Positions 43,549-55,900 of a stretch of DNA of 63,385 nt are shown here, piece by piece (the stretch's first letter is position 1; every line of letters starts with the position of its first letter). The notes under the pieces are model-generated. The model saw only the letters and a program-made list of their open reading frames with translations, had not been told where the DNA came from and ran no database searches. Made by a program: the position numbers and the translations under genes. The stretch lies in the NCBI RefSeq assembly GCF_001194135.2, contig NC_068999.1:48200445-48263829 (forward strand), written 5' to 3'. This DNA comes from Octopus bimaculoides. Lineage: Eukaryota.

Positions 43549-44689
43549 ATATATAGTATTAAATTTTTAAGCAAAGTAAATTTCCAGATGGTTCGCAGAC
43601 TTTTTGTACCCTTTTCGCTAATCATAGCTGTGGTCTTTGTCGTGTGGAATTTTAGACCATGGATTATAGACCCTTCTTATGTATTTGCATTTTGTTTTTA
43701 TAACTGAAGGATATTAAAATTTTCTCATGACGTCTACTCTGTCCTAACTTAATTGTTGATCATTATTTTCTTTTATTCTTGCTTCATTTACTCCAAGATG
43801 AAGGCCACTTACAACATGAGCTGGATTTAAAGTCACTACATTTGATGAGTTATTATGTGTGATGTTTTGCAAAAAAAAAATCGTATTTTATAAACAGTAT
43901 ATTACAGTACATTAATATATTGTTAAGACACCGGTGCCATCCAATACAAATTAAATTGAACCTCTATAAAACCATTGACAATGACAAGTGTTTGCTCTAA
44001 AAGTCAAATGATTTTGAAATCAAAACTCTTATATGTACTTAAAAATTTTAAATCTCATTAATGAAAAAAAAATTATATTTTTCTATTTTTGTTTTTTCAA
44101 ATAACATTTAATATATATAATTTTCTTAATGATTGGTTGTAGTTCATTAATTTGTCATTTGTGTTATATTATTACTATCATTATTATTTTATTTTGTTTT
44201 TTTCTCTGTTGCTATGTTCTGAGTTAAAATTCCACCAAGGTCGACTTTGCCTTTCATCCTTTCAGGGTCGATAAATTAAGTACCAGTTACACACTGGAGT
44301 CAATGAAATTGACTAGCCCCTTCCCCTGAAATTTCAGGCCTTGTGCCTATAACAGAAAGGATTATTATTATTAATATTATAAGGCGGTGAGCTGGCAGAA
44401 TTGTTAGCATGTTGGACAAAATATTTATTGGTATTTCATCCGCCTTTATGTTCCGAGTTCAAATTATGGTTTATTTTGCCTTTCATCCATTCGGGGTGAA
44501 TGAATTAGTACCGGTGAAGCACTGGAGTTGATGTGACTGACTTACCCCTGACCACAAGTTTCAGGCTTTGAGCCTATAGTAGAAAAGGATGATGATTATT
44601 ATTATTATTATTATTATTATTGTTGTTGTTGTTATCATATTTGGTGCAATATTTAGAATAAATTACTTTTATAATGATTGGTTGGAGTT

Positions 44690-45200
44690 TAAATATGCTG
44701 TGCATGAGAAGACCAAATATGCTGTGCGTGAGAAGACCCAGCAAGACAAGTGAGACCATAACCCGTGGCCTTTACCAGGGGTGTAGCCAGCCCACTTATG
44801 CGTACCTTTCCTTCTTTGGACACAAAACCCTGCTTGCGAAGACCTGTTGAGGCAAGTGAAATCGAAAATTGAATCAAATTCGTTGACTGGCACCCATGCC
44901 AACCTTCCTTCATTGGACACTAAACTCAGCTTGTGAAGACCTGTTGGGGCAAGTGAGATCGAAACTGAACCAAATTCGATGACTGGCACCCGTGCCAGTG
45001 GAGCGCTAACAGCACCATCCGAGCGGGATCACTGCCAGAGCAGTGGTCTTGTTTCCAGCTTCGCCTTACTGGGACTCGTGCCAGTGGCATGTGAACAAAT
45101 CATTGGACTGACTCCTGTGCAGGTGGCATGTAAAAAACACCATTTGAGTGTGGCTGTTGCCAGTACCGCCAGACTGGCCCTCGTGCCAGTGGCAACCAAC
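44690..45200 (+). mobile_element. Upstream, internally repetitive part of retroposon family R4
   Basis: Repeated modules (gaagacctgttg.ggcaagtga.atcgaaa..gaa.caaattcg.tgactggcaccc x2; gccagtggca/ttgccagtacc units) continuous with the units at 39960-40135 and 1040-1230. Confidence 0.65.
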
Positions 45201-45239
45201 AGAACTGAACTGAGAAAAACATCGCAGATGTGCATGCAG

Positions 45240-45705
45240 CTATGAGAGAAAATCATCGAATCACCATCCGGGAGTTATCAGAGGATGTGCAGATAAGTTA
45301 CGATTCAGTTCAGTCTATTATCACTGAAGATTTGAGTATGAGATGCGTGTGTACCAAGTTTGTGCTAAAACTGCTTTCAGCTGACAATGCAGCAGTTTTT
45401 GGCTAGGCACAGCATTCCCCAGGTCCAACAGCCACTGTATTCCCCAGATCTCATCCCTTGCAATTTTTTCCTCTTTCCAAAAATCAAATCCTGCTTGAAA
45501 AGAGGATTTCAGGACGTTGAGAAATCAAAGTAAATGCAACAACATCACTGTTGATAATCCCAGAAAACAAGTTCCAGGAATGCTTCCATCAATGGAAACA
45601 GTACTGGATTAAGCATATGGCTTCCAAAGGAGATTAAATGCCAAATTGGTACATGTTGTAGTTTGGTCTTTATAGTACCAGATACTTATTGATCAGACCT
45701 CGTAT
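45240..45705 (+). mobile_element. Internally deleted mariner element
   Basis: ENHRITIRELSEDVQISYDSVQSIITEDLSMR and QPLYSPDLIPCNFFLFPKIK (YSPDLAPxD motif); 3' TIR acttattgatcagacctcg-ta. Confidence 0.8.
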
Positions 45706-46927
45706 ACTTACATTGTATGCATGTATGTAATGGGCTTCTTTCAGATTTCATCTATCAAATTCACTCACAAGGCTTTGATCAGCCTGGGACTACAGTAGCA
45801 GACACTTGGCCAATGTGTCATAATATAGTGGGACTGAACCCAACTTAGCTATGTGTCTTTTAAATTTAAAAAAAAATCTGTTCATTTAACAAAAAATATT
45901 TTATTCACAAAATTTAGTACAAAAATAAATAAAATTTCATCATTCAAGCATCTACATAAATAATTTCACCCTTTTTGAAACCAACCTGCTTGAGGATGCC
46001 CTTGGTTTTGTGATACAAAGTTGCCTTAATGTGATTTACATTAAAATCTTCAATTTGGAATTTTATGTTAATTTATGTTCCAAATATCAGGTTTATAATG
46101 ACAGAGGGGTTTTACACAACTCTTACTTGCTTTCCTAATTAATTGGAATGAAGTCTGTGTATGCAAGGTTGGCTCAGTAACAATTTGTATAGAAGAACAA
46201 TCAGTTGTCTTTGGTATATAACTAGTGCTTGTGGTATTGCTCCTCTCTCCNNNNNNNNNNGGTATATAACTAGTGCTTGTGGTATTGCTCCTCTCTCCTA
46301 GAATTTAAACTGTAGAGGTGAAGTCACCTCTAATGGGATTTGAAACTGGAATCCTGGGTGTATGAGCAAGAGAGAGATGGAGGTGGGGGCTCAGTGATAA
46401 ATCCCATTCAGTATTTACTTTTATTATCAGCTGTCTTAGCTTTCTCCTAAGTTTACAATGTATTCTTACTTAAACACAGGATTACAAATTCATAGAGACG
46501 GGGAATGATAGTCCAAAGGCAGGAAGAGCCAAAAGGAAAGAAGTGAATTGGTTTGAACTACAAATCACAGAATTAAATTGAAGCTTGAAAGGAGTTTACA
46601 GTTTGCTAGTTAAGTGAGGATGATTTAGTTTGACTTTATACGAATCAACAACATTATAAAAGAGAGTTATAGATAATTGAATCAACTACTGAATGAAATA
46701 AGTACACTGAGCCAATTAAGAAGCCACTGAGTGGTTGTTCAAACTGCTAGATATAGCAGCCAGATCTCCCTCAATTTACACTTTATCATCTCAAAAAGAG
46801 AAAGAGAGGATACATTAGACTAGAGGTTCTCAACCAGGGTTCATATGACCCTTGGGGATCCATATAAGATACTGTTGTTAAAATTTATGTGCAATAAATT
46901 GGTGATATTTCTACAATATGTAAAATA

Positions 46928-47149
46928 CAGTAATCCTTTGCCATGTCGCGGTTCACCTATCACAGTTTATTATTTAAGCTTACGTTGATTCCTCTGTGGT
47001 GTTGTTTTGCATTCATAATGAAATAAATATATACAAATTATAAAAATAATTAAAAAAATATACAGTACAGTACTGTTTTTACTTTACAGATTTTCACCTA
47101 TCACGGGGGAGGGGGGGACATAACACCCACAATAGTTGAGGGATTACTG
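46928..47149. mobile_element. pogo/Tigger-like MITE, inserted next to or into an hAT-like MITE starting at ~46820
   Basis: TA-cagtaatcc ... ggattactg-TA. Confidence 0.7.
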
Positions 47150-48002
47150 TATTTCAGCAATTTTTTAATACAATTTCTAATATTTTATTATAAAACTATA
47201 ATAGGATTCTTTTTTTTAACATGAAAGGCTGTCAGGGTCCATCCAAGTGAAATAGGAATCAAAGTGGTGTACAGACAAAAGACAAAAAAAAAATGGTTGA
47301 AAACCACTGAATTAGACAAATGTGGTCTGATGCATAGTTCAATTTTAAAAAATGACCATAGATTCACTTGATCAAGGCTGACTTGGGAGTTAATCAATGC
47401 CAATAATTAATCCTTATTTTGATGATCCTAACTGTATGAAAGGTAGCTTCTACTTGGAATGAAGATAGAGAAAATATACCCGAGGAATTTATATAACTAG
47501 GCAGGGATTTTACATCTTCAGGTGATCTTAGAATAAAAGATAACAATAAATTCTATCCAAAGTCTTTCTAATTATTGATTTCAGACTGTGCTGAAAGGGA
47601 TTAAAAAAATTAATATCAATGCCTGACCAGCAGCAGCATCAAATTTTTCACTTTTGTTGTTGGATATGACTTTTTTTTCTTTTCTTTTTAGTCAAAATTT
47701 CTTTTTGTTTCATTTGAAAATGGTTTAAGATAAAGGAAATTAGCTAAATCTGTTTAGAATAGAATCGTTTCATAAAGACACAGGTATGTCAGTCGGTAGG
47801 TCTGCTAGATTAGGACATTTGGGTAGAGGACATAATTTGGAGGTAGAGTCATTCCTTTGTTTGTTTCTGTCACCAGGGTGTTGTTGCATAGACAAGAATG
47901 AAAGCCTTTGGAGAAGCAGTGAATAAACAACAGTAGCAACTTTAACATAACATATTGTCACTGCTTTTTAAGCATATTTTAAGTATATATATATATATAT
48001 AT

Positions 48003-48038
<36 letters not shown>

Positions 48039-48655
48039 GTTTAACGTCCGCTTTCCATGCTAGCATGGGTTGGACAATTTGACTGAGGACTGGTGCAACT
48101 GGATGGCTACACCAGGCTCCAATCTAATTTGGCAGAGTTTCTACAGCTGGATGCCCTTCCTAACGCCAACCACTCAGAGATACTTTACAGTGTTGACCCC
48201 CAACTCTTGAAGGTCTGGCAGTCACTGTGAGGGGCCAAATTCTTGCAAAATAGGGCGATTAAAAAAAAAAAAAAATGCTGACTTTTATTAGCAACTTTTA
48301 AAATAAATTGCTGAGAAGAGCAGATGCAAATTTTTGGTATTGAAATATTGTTTCAAAAAGGTGACTCAAGAAGCTTTTGTTTAAAGAGACAAAAAAAAAA
48401 ACGTTTAAATATTTAAACAGCTTAGAAGTTTTCTTCATTCACATGTGCATTTTTGTGTTTAGTTTCATTTGTTTTTGTGTTTTTTGCTCTTCTGTTAATC
48501 ATCAAACATGGTCAGCAAATATAAGTGGAATGATTTTTTTGTGTAAATTGCAATATTGAAGCAAGTAGTTTTTACACTCAAATACCTTCCATATTGAAAA
48601 CTATTTATCTGTAAAAAAATGCTGAAGATATTCAAATCTAATTTCTTTTTTAGTA

Positions 48656-49930
48656 TTATTTTAAATGTGAAATTTCATTAGAAACATATCCAAGAAAACT
48701 TTCTGTTTTGACATAATCTAATGTCTCTGTTATTTGTTCTGTGTCTTGTATTTTATCCATTTCTTTATCTGGTCTTTGCAAAGAATCTGATGGTTTATGA
48801 ACATTAGCATTTACAAGATTACAAGAACTTGTTGGATTTTGAGATATTCCTTGTCTTTCGTTTTGAATATTTTTGTCTTGAACCTCATCTAATGAAGATT
48901 CCATAGCCTCTACAACGTGTTCATGTGGTACATAACCATCATTACAATTCACTTTTACATTTTCTTTGTCTGTTCTACCATTAAACTTTGAAGTTCCTAT
49001 CTGATCACTTTCTTTATTTTCAGTTTGTAAAATTTGTCCTTTCAAAGGTTTACTTTTATAAGAGTTAGTGCTTTCTTCGAGGAATCCTGAAATATAATCT
49101 GGTTCAGAGAATATATAATCTGTGATACTCCCATTACTGTTTGTATTTTTACATGGAGGAATAGAATTAGATACAAGTTTGTTAAGATCATTTGGTTCAT
49201 CAACATAATCTGGGCTACTGGAAACAATATTCATCAAGTTACCATTCACACATGTGGGAACTGACACACTGAAAGAACTATCTGGTTCATCAACATAATC
49301 TGTTCTACAGGAGACATTTTCCTTCATGTTACCATCCGAAAATGTGGGGACTGGCATAGATAGAAGTTCACTGGAAGAACTATCTGGTTCATCAACATAA
49401 TCTGTTCTACAGCAGACATTTTCCTCCATGTTACCATCCGAACATGTGGGGACTGACATAGATGAAAGTTCACTGAAAGAACTATCTGGTTCATCAACAT
49501 AGTCTGTTCTACTAGAGACATTTTCCTTCATGTTATCATCCGAACATGTGGGGACTGACCCAGGAGACCTACATGACCGCCTATAATCTCCTGATGCATC
49601 AATATAGCCTGTCTTATTGGAAACATTTTCAATATCATCTATTTTACTCCATAGAAAGGCAGTTTTAACATTGATATTCTCAACATCCTTTGATTTGTCC
49701 AGAAGTTTTCCTGTCAGTTCATTAACTTGTAAATAATCAGGAAAATGTATTGTTGACTTTAAAAATTCTTGACTTGGAAAATGTGATTTTTCAGTCCCTG
49801 ATGAATTGTCGAAACTATAATAACCTGATTCACCAGTTTGATGAAACGTGTATTTACTACCATCCATTAGCTGATTTTCACCCTCTTTAATTTTTTCGTA
49901 ATTGTAGTCCAGATCAGTGTAACTGGGAAC
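48656..49930 (-). CDS. Gene B terminal exon: cytoplasmic tail (VPSYTDLDYNYEKIKEGENQLMDGSKY...GYVSNEISHLK*) with internal tandem repeat
   Basis: Minus-strand acceptor ttttccttttgatcttcacag| extends ORF 48656-49867 by 21 codons; 1275 nt. Confidence 0.88.
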   Translation of the reverse strand, partial: VPSYTDLDYNYEKIKEGENQLMDGSKYTFHQTGESGYYSFDNSSGTEKSHFPSQEFLKSTIHFPDYLQVNELTGKLLDKSKDVENINVKTAFLWSKIDDIENVSNKTGYIDASGDYRRSCRSPGSVPTCSDDNMKENVSSRTDYVDEPDSSFSELSSMSVPTCSDGNMEENVCCRTDYVDEPDSSSSELLSMPVPTFSDGNMKENVSCRTDYVDEPDSSFSVSVPTCVNGNLMNIVSSSPDYVDEPNDLNKLVSNSIPPCKNTNSNGSITDYIFSEPDYISGFLEESTNSYKSKPLKGQILQTENKESDQIGTSKFNGRTDKENVKVNCNDGYVPHEHVVEAMESSLDEVQDKNIQNERQGISQNPTSSCNLVNANVHKPSDSLQRPDKEMDKIQDTEQITETLDYVKTESFLGYVSNEISHLK

Positions 49931-52900
49931 CTGTGAAGATCAAAAGGAAAATGACATACATTAATATATGATAGAGACATAAGGAAAACAGTGTCTATTG
50001 CTTTAGGAGAGGCTATTGTAGAAGCAGTAAAGGAAATTAGCTGAGAGAGAAGACAGCATATTTGGAGAATGTCTCCAGATAATGAATTTATGCCTATAAA
50101 TTGAGTGACCTTTCTCTGAATGTGATCCAGAATGTGTGTGTGTGTGTGTGTGAAGCAGCCATGCTGTTCCACATGTTGAAACAGTATTCCGTTTTTTTTA
50201 TGTCTCACATAGACTACATAGTTGTCCATGAATTATTGAAGGATATTGTAGCTCTGTATGTAGGTGTGTATGCTTGCATATTAGCGAGTTTGGTGGGGTG
50301 GAAAGGGATAGATCTGGAGGAGATTGTTTACCTGGTGGTGCGCAAGGTGAGAATGGATGAAGTCGGAGGCTTTCTCCATAGGAGTACTCTTGATAGAATC
50401 TTCAGGTTTGAGAAGCAGAAGAAAGAAGGATTCTGAAAACTTGATGGAATTCCTTTTGGTAAAGAACCAGAAGGACCAGCTGCATTTTGTGGCGCAAGAG
50501 AGATCGAGGGAAATATGATGCACAAAGGAATCCTTCATGATTTGGATACGGAAAGTTCTGTCACCAAAATAGGTTCAGTGTCTTGTCAGCCATGCTGAAT
50601 CACCAGCACGTAAACAGCCAAGCCCAATCATCTCATGTCACTTTATCGTGGCTTCTATGATATATTATACGAGAAGACCTGTCAAGCCAAGTGAAATTGT
50701 AGTTGTGCCAGTGGTACGTAAAAAGCACCCTTTGAATGTTGGGCCTCATGGGGGCAATGACAAGTTACCAAGACCTTTGGCAATATACTGTGCTACAATC
50801 TTGTGATCATGAGTACAATACTTGAACAACTAAGCCAACTGTCTAAGGTCCCATCTTTAATCCCTTGCTTTTTATTCTAATCCACGAGACTAGATATCAC
50901 TGGGAACTATTCTATGCTGATGACATATTTTTCAGTGCAAAATCTGCTAAAGAAAAACAGAAGTTTGAAACTTGGCAAGTGTGGGATTGAGTTAAAAAAA
51001 AACATGAAGCTTAACAAGACCTAAAGTAAAATAATAATTAGGAACAAGATCTAAGTGAAATAACTCCAAGAGAAGGATCCATTCTCAATGTGTGAGCCAA
51101 GAAGTAACAGTTGTAATTTAACTTTGTTATAATGAGAGAAAGGTCAAAGGTTGTGAATTGGCAGAATTGTTACCATACTGGACAAGAATGCTTGGCAGCT
51201 CTTTAAGCTCTGAGTTCAAAATGCTGTGAAGGTCAACTCTGCCTTTCATCCCTCCAAGAGTCAATAAAATAGGTGGCAATCAAGCACTGATGATCAAGAT
51301 AATCAACTTAACCAAACCCCTTAAATTGCTGGTCTTGAGCCAAAATTTGAAAGCATTGATAAAGAAAGGATTATAGCTGAGAGCAAGCAGTAAATCATTT
51401 ACCCTGTCTATTGTGGTAACTTCAATTGCTGTAACATACTTGCAGTGGCTGAAATAAATGAACAGAGAACATGACATTTATAAACGGCCATTGTTTTTGC
51501 ATCATAGTCATGAAGGATTTGTGTTACATTAAAGAAATTACATTTATTGTTGTTGTTGGCACTCCGTCGCTTACGACGTCAAGGGTTCCAGTTGATCCAG
51601 TCAACGGAACAGCCTGCTTGTGAAATTAATGTGCAAATGGCTGAGCACTCCACAGACATGTGTACCCTTAACGTAGTTCTCGGGGATATTCAGCATGACA
51701 CAGAGTGTGACAAAGCTGACCCTTTTGAATTACAGGAACAACAGAAACAAGAAGAAAGAGTGAGAGAAAGTTGTGGTGAAAGAGCCTCGTGGAGCTTTAG
51801 GGGTTTTCGCTCAATAAACACTCACAACGCCCTGTCTGGGAATCGAAACTGCGATCCTATGACCGTGAGTCCGCTGCCCTAACCAGTGGGCCATTGCGCC
51901 TCCACAAATTATGGCTATTCAAAAATAACAATAACATTCATCATCATCATCATCATCGTTTAACGTCCGCTTTCCATGCTAGCATGGGTTGGACGATTTG
52001 ATTGAGGACTGGTGAAACCGGATGGCAACACCAGGCTCGTCTAACACAATTTTTGTCCTTGGGTAGCAACTGTTATTTCATATTTGCTTACCCCTAGTAA
52101 GTATGAAAAACAGCCAATATTTCCTTTAAACTTTGCTTTTGTTACATTTATTAAAAACCCAAAGAATCCCTCTTGACATATGGCTATGATGCTCATTCAC
52201 TATTCCAGTATGAGAGACGCCCATACTGTCAACCACTAAGGGACATGCTCAAGTGGTTACAGTCAACCAACTGGCAAGCAAATCTGTGATACTGAGCAGA
52301 ATATTTGTTATAACGATATTTCTGCTTCAGCAACTCAGTGCTGAATCTGTCTGAAATGTAATGGAAAATAGTCAGTTTCAAAACATTGTTGTCCAGGTCA
52401 CAAAGGCAAACTTTGAAACGAATAATAGTCATTTCCTTTGATTCTTAGAGAGAAGCAAATAGGAAATAACACTTACTGACCAAAGACAAAACAAAATAAA
52501 AATTTTGTTTCACAGTGTAAACAATGACAAAATAATATAGGCACAATCGTGGCTGCCTCAGTTTCCATCTACCAAATTCAATCACAAGGCTTTGCTCAGC
52601 CTAGTGCAACATTACAAGACACTTGGCAAAGGTGCCGTGCAGTTGGACTGAACTTAACCTTGCATTGTTGGGAAGAAACCTTCTTAAACCACAGACCAAA
52701 AAAGAGATGTCTGCTACTGTATGGTGGTATTGTTTGCAAGCCTCCCAGTTGACCTCTGTTACAGAGATTCATAAAGATTCAAATGCTTCTGAACACCTGG
52801 TGCTAGCTTCCTTCCATGGAGACCTGTCTTGAGTATATGTTAGCCGGGGGAGAGGAAGAGGCAGAATGGGTAAGGTTGGGTAGTGGACTCAGCCCAATTA

Positions 52901-55900
52901 TAAGCTGATCTTGCAATCTTTTAAGGTTGCTTTCAGTGCATCTTTGAATTTTTTTTTTTAAACAGGTGTACCAACATTGTAGCCTCCATTTGAAAGCTTA
53001 GAATAGGTTACATCTGATTGTTGACAGTCAGACAGTCCTGACAGCATGTATTGTATGAACGTGTGTGTGTGTGTGTGTGTGTAAAAAGGAATATAAACAT
53101 TTAAAACTTACCTCCTAATATATATAAACAAGCCTGATGTAATTAATAGAACTGTCGCCAACAACATGAACGAATATAGGTAAATCTCACTCAAATCTGT
53201 AAAAGTAAAGATGTTCATTAGAGCATATAATTTTTGCACATTACCATCACTATTTGATGACCAAAATTTCAAACATTCAGATAAAAATTTCTCCCTTTAT
53301 ATTTATATACAATATTCTGTAGTTGTTTCTATTTGGTGGGAAGGGTGTATTTCTTTTCAGTGTTACTCAAAACCAGATTTTCCATTTCCCATATAAGTTA
53401 ATTTATCTCAAGCTATTAGCATGAAAATTTGATGAACTTTACTTTAATAATTTTTGCTCTACATGAACTAGGTCTTCAACCATTTGTAGCCACATGGACT
53501 GGGTTGCTCACATATTAAATGTAACTGTCATTAACATTATGTAAAACTGCCAATTAGTTAACCAATTATATCTGTTATCTGCAGCCTTACAATATGTAAA
53601 AATAAAGTAGGATATGAAGTTTATACCATGGGTTTCATGTAGACTACCTGGAAAAGATAACAGGACACAGTTCCAATGTATCCTCCATTGGACACTATGA
53701 TAGATTCATATAAAATTAGGTGTAAGGATAGATAAGCTTTGTTTTTGGAGAGATTAAAATTTTACAGTGTACTGTTTGATATGGTAATACAGAAGAATCT
53801 AAAAAGAGCCCTTGTAATTTTTCCTTCCATTCCAATAAGAGACAAACTAAACGACAATGCTGAATGATGTATAAACAAAATATTAGATTCTAAATCAAGG
53901 GTTCTCAACCATTTTTTATCTATGGACCCTTTGATTACTATTTTATTCTGGTGGATACCCATAGCCATTCAATGTAACCAGTTTTATAGAACCATGTTTC
54001 AAAATTCCAATTAATTTGTGTAGGTTGAACTACATAAAATGTTAGAGAAAGAAATCTAGAGATTTCCCAATACATACATCTGAAACAAAATATTTTCAGG
54101 GGTTCTGAAAATACTATTGTGGATCCCATGTTTACTATTTTATGGCATGGACCCTAAAAATTTTATATGGACCCTGGATGAAAACCCTTGTTCTAGATAT
54201 TCCATAAAGTATTCTCTTTACCTGTGTCTTTAGTTACTCCTGTTATGGTGTCACTCATTAGACTTAGTCCATGCTTTGTCTTCACTTGTATACATACTGA
54301 ATATTCTGTGTCTGGTGATAGGCCATTGATGATGACAACATTTTCAACTGCTTTTGTCTCATTCACTGGAAATTCTTTCCTCTTACCTTTAAGCAATTTT
54401 TAAAATGAAGAAAGGACAACATTTTACCATTTCTTTATATTTATTTAGTCAGTCAGAGAATATCTTTAGGAAAAACAGGAATACCACATCTTTCATTTCT
54501 TATTTTCCATACCAAATATAGGTTCAAAGAATGATATCCAACAACTAGAACAACAGCAGCAATAAGATCAAGTGGTGAGGGAGATCTGTTTATACCAAGG
54601 CACAAGCCCTACTTCTCCCCCTCTGTAAGGGACAAAATGCATTTCCTTTTGATTTGGTTAGAATTTATTTTCTAAATGTTAGGTGTAAATGAAAAACTTT
54701 TGGTCTGGCAGGATTTGAACCTAAAACCATAAAGCACTCTATTGGGTGGTTGATGTTAAAAACCCATGCCAAAACAGACACTGAAGCCTGGTGTAATCTT
54801 CTACCTGGCCAGCTCTTGTCAAACCGTCCAACCCAATGCCAGCATGGAAATGGACATTAAATGATGATGATGATGGTGACAATGATGATGATTCTACTGT
54901 CACAACCACCATTCTAAACAGTGTTTCACAACAATAAGAACATCGACATCACCATCAACATCATCATCAGTTAATGTCATTTTTTCTCTGTTGGCTTGGT
55001 TGGTTCAACAGGAGCCAACAAACTAGTGGGCTGCACCAAGTTTCAATGTCTGCTTTGGTATGGTTTATACATTTGGATGCATTTCCTGTTGCCATCCACT
55101 TCACAGAGCGTACTGACACCAGAGTGTACCTTTTTTTTTTTTTTTTTACCTTGGCACCAGCAATGATGGAGTCACCAAGTACCTACAAGGTAAAACCTCT
55201 CAACTGAGTAGGGTATTGTATTGAGGGGATGGGAAAATATGATAGAGGAACAAGAGCAGGTGGCTTGCCCATTTAGAAAGAGACAGACAGACAGACACTG
55301 CTGAGGGCAAAGTGTGAGGTGAATATGAGAGAAAGTATAAGGAATGCAACGAGACAGTTAAAAAAATAGAATACTCACCATTTTCACAATTCTTACCCTC
55401 TGCATAATGCAGCACATAAGCAATGGGTATACCATTCCAGTCCGAACATTGCAGAGTAGGCCATGTAAGAGAAAACTTAGTTTCTGACCAATAAACATAA
55501 GGTTTCTGAGGTTTTATGGCTGAAAGAGTGTAAAATATTTGTTATTCTTACTTTTATTCTTATCATTATTAATATCACTATTAGCATGTTCACAGTTTTA
55601 TTAATGATCGAAAATGGTATATCAAAACAACGAGAGAAACTATTGTTAAATGTCAGCAGTCAAGTAAATAAATGTATATACTCAGAACTGAAGCACTTGA
55701 AGAATCAGATACGGTTGTAACATATCAGTTGAAAATATTGTCCACATGATTGATAGATGTGTGTGTGTGTGTGTGAAAACACATACATATGGTGGTCTTC
55801 TTTTAGTTTTCATCTACCAAATCTACTCACAAGGTTTTGGTTGGCCTGCCCTAAGATATAGGGCAGGCCAAACAAAAGCCCTATATTTCATATTTCATTC

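Noticed and set aside
45566-45580. Perfect GAS/STAT site TTCCAGGAA
   Set aside because: Lies inside a mariner relic; a single 9-mer is expected by chance in 63 kb
36500-48600. A third gene in the intergenic interval
   Set aside because: No exon with both credible splice sites and a protein-like frame found by eye; short ORFs map to repeats
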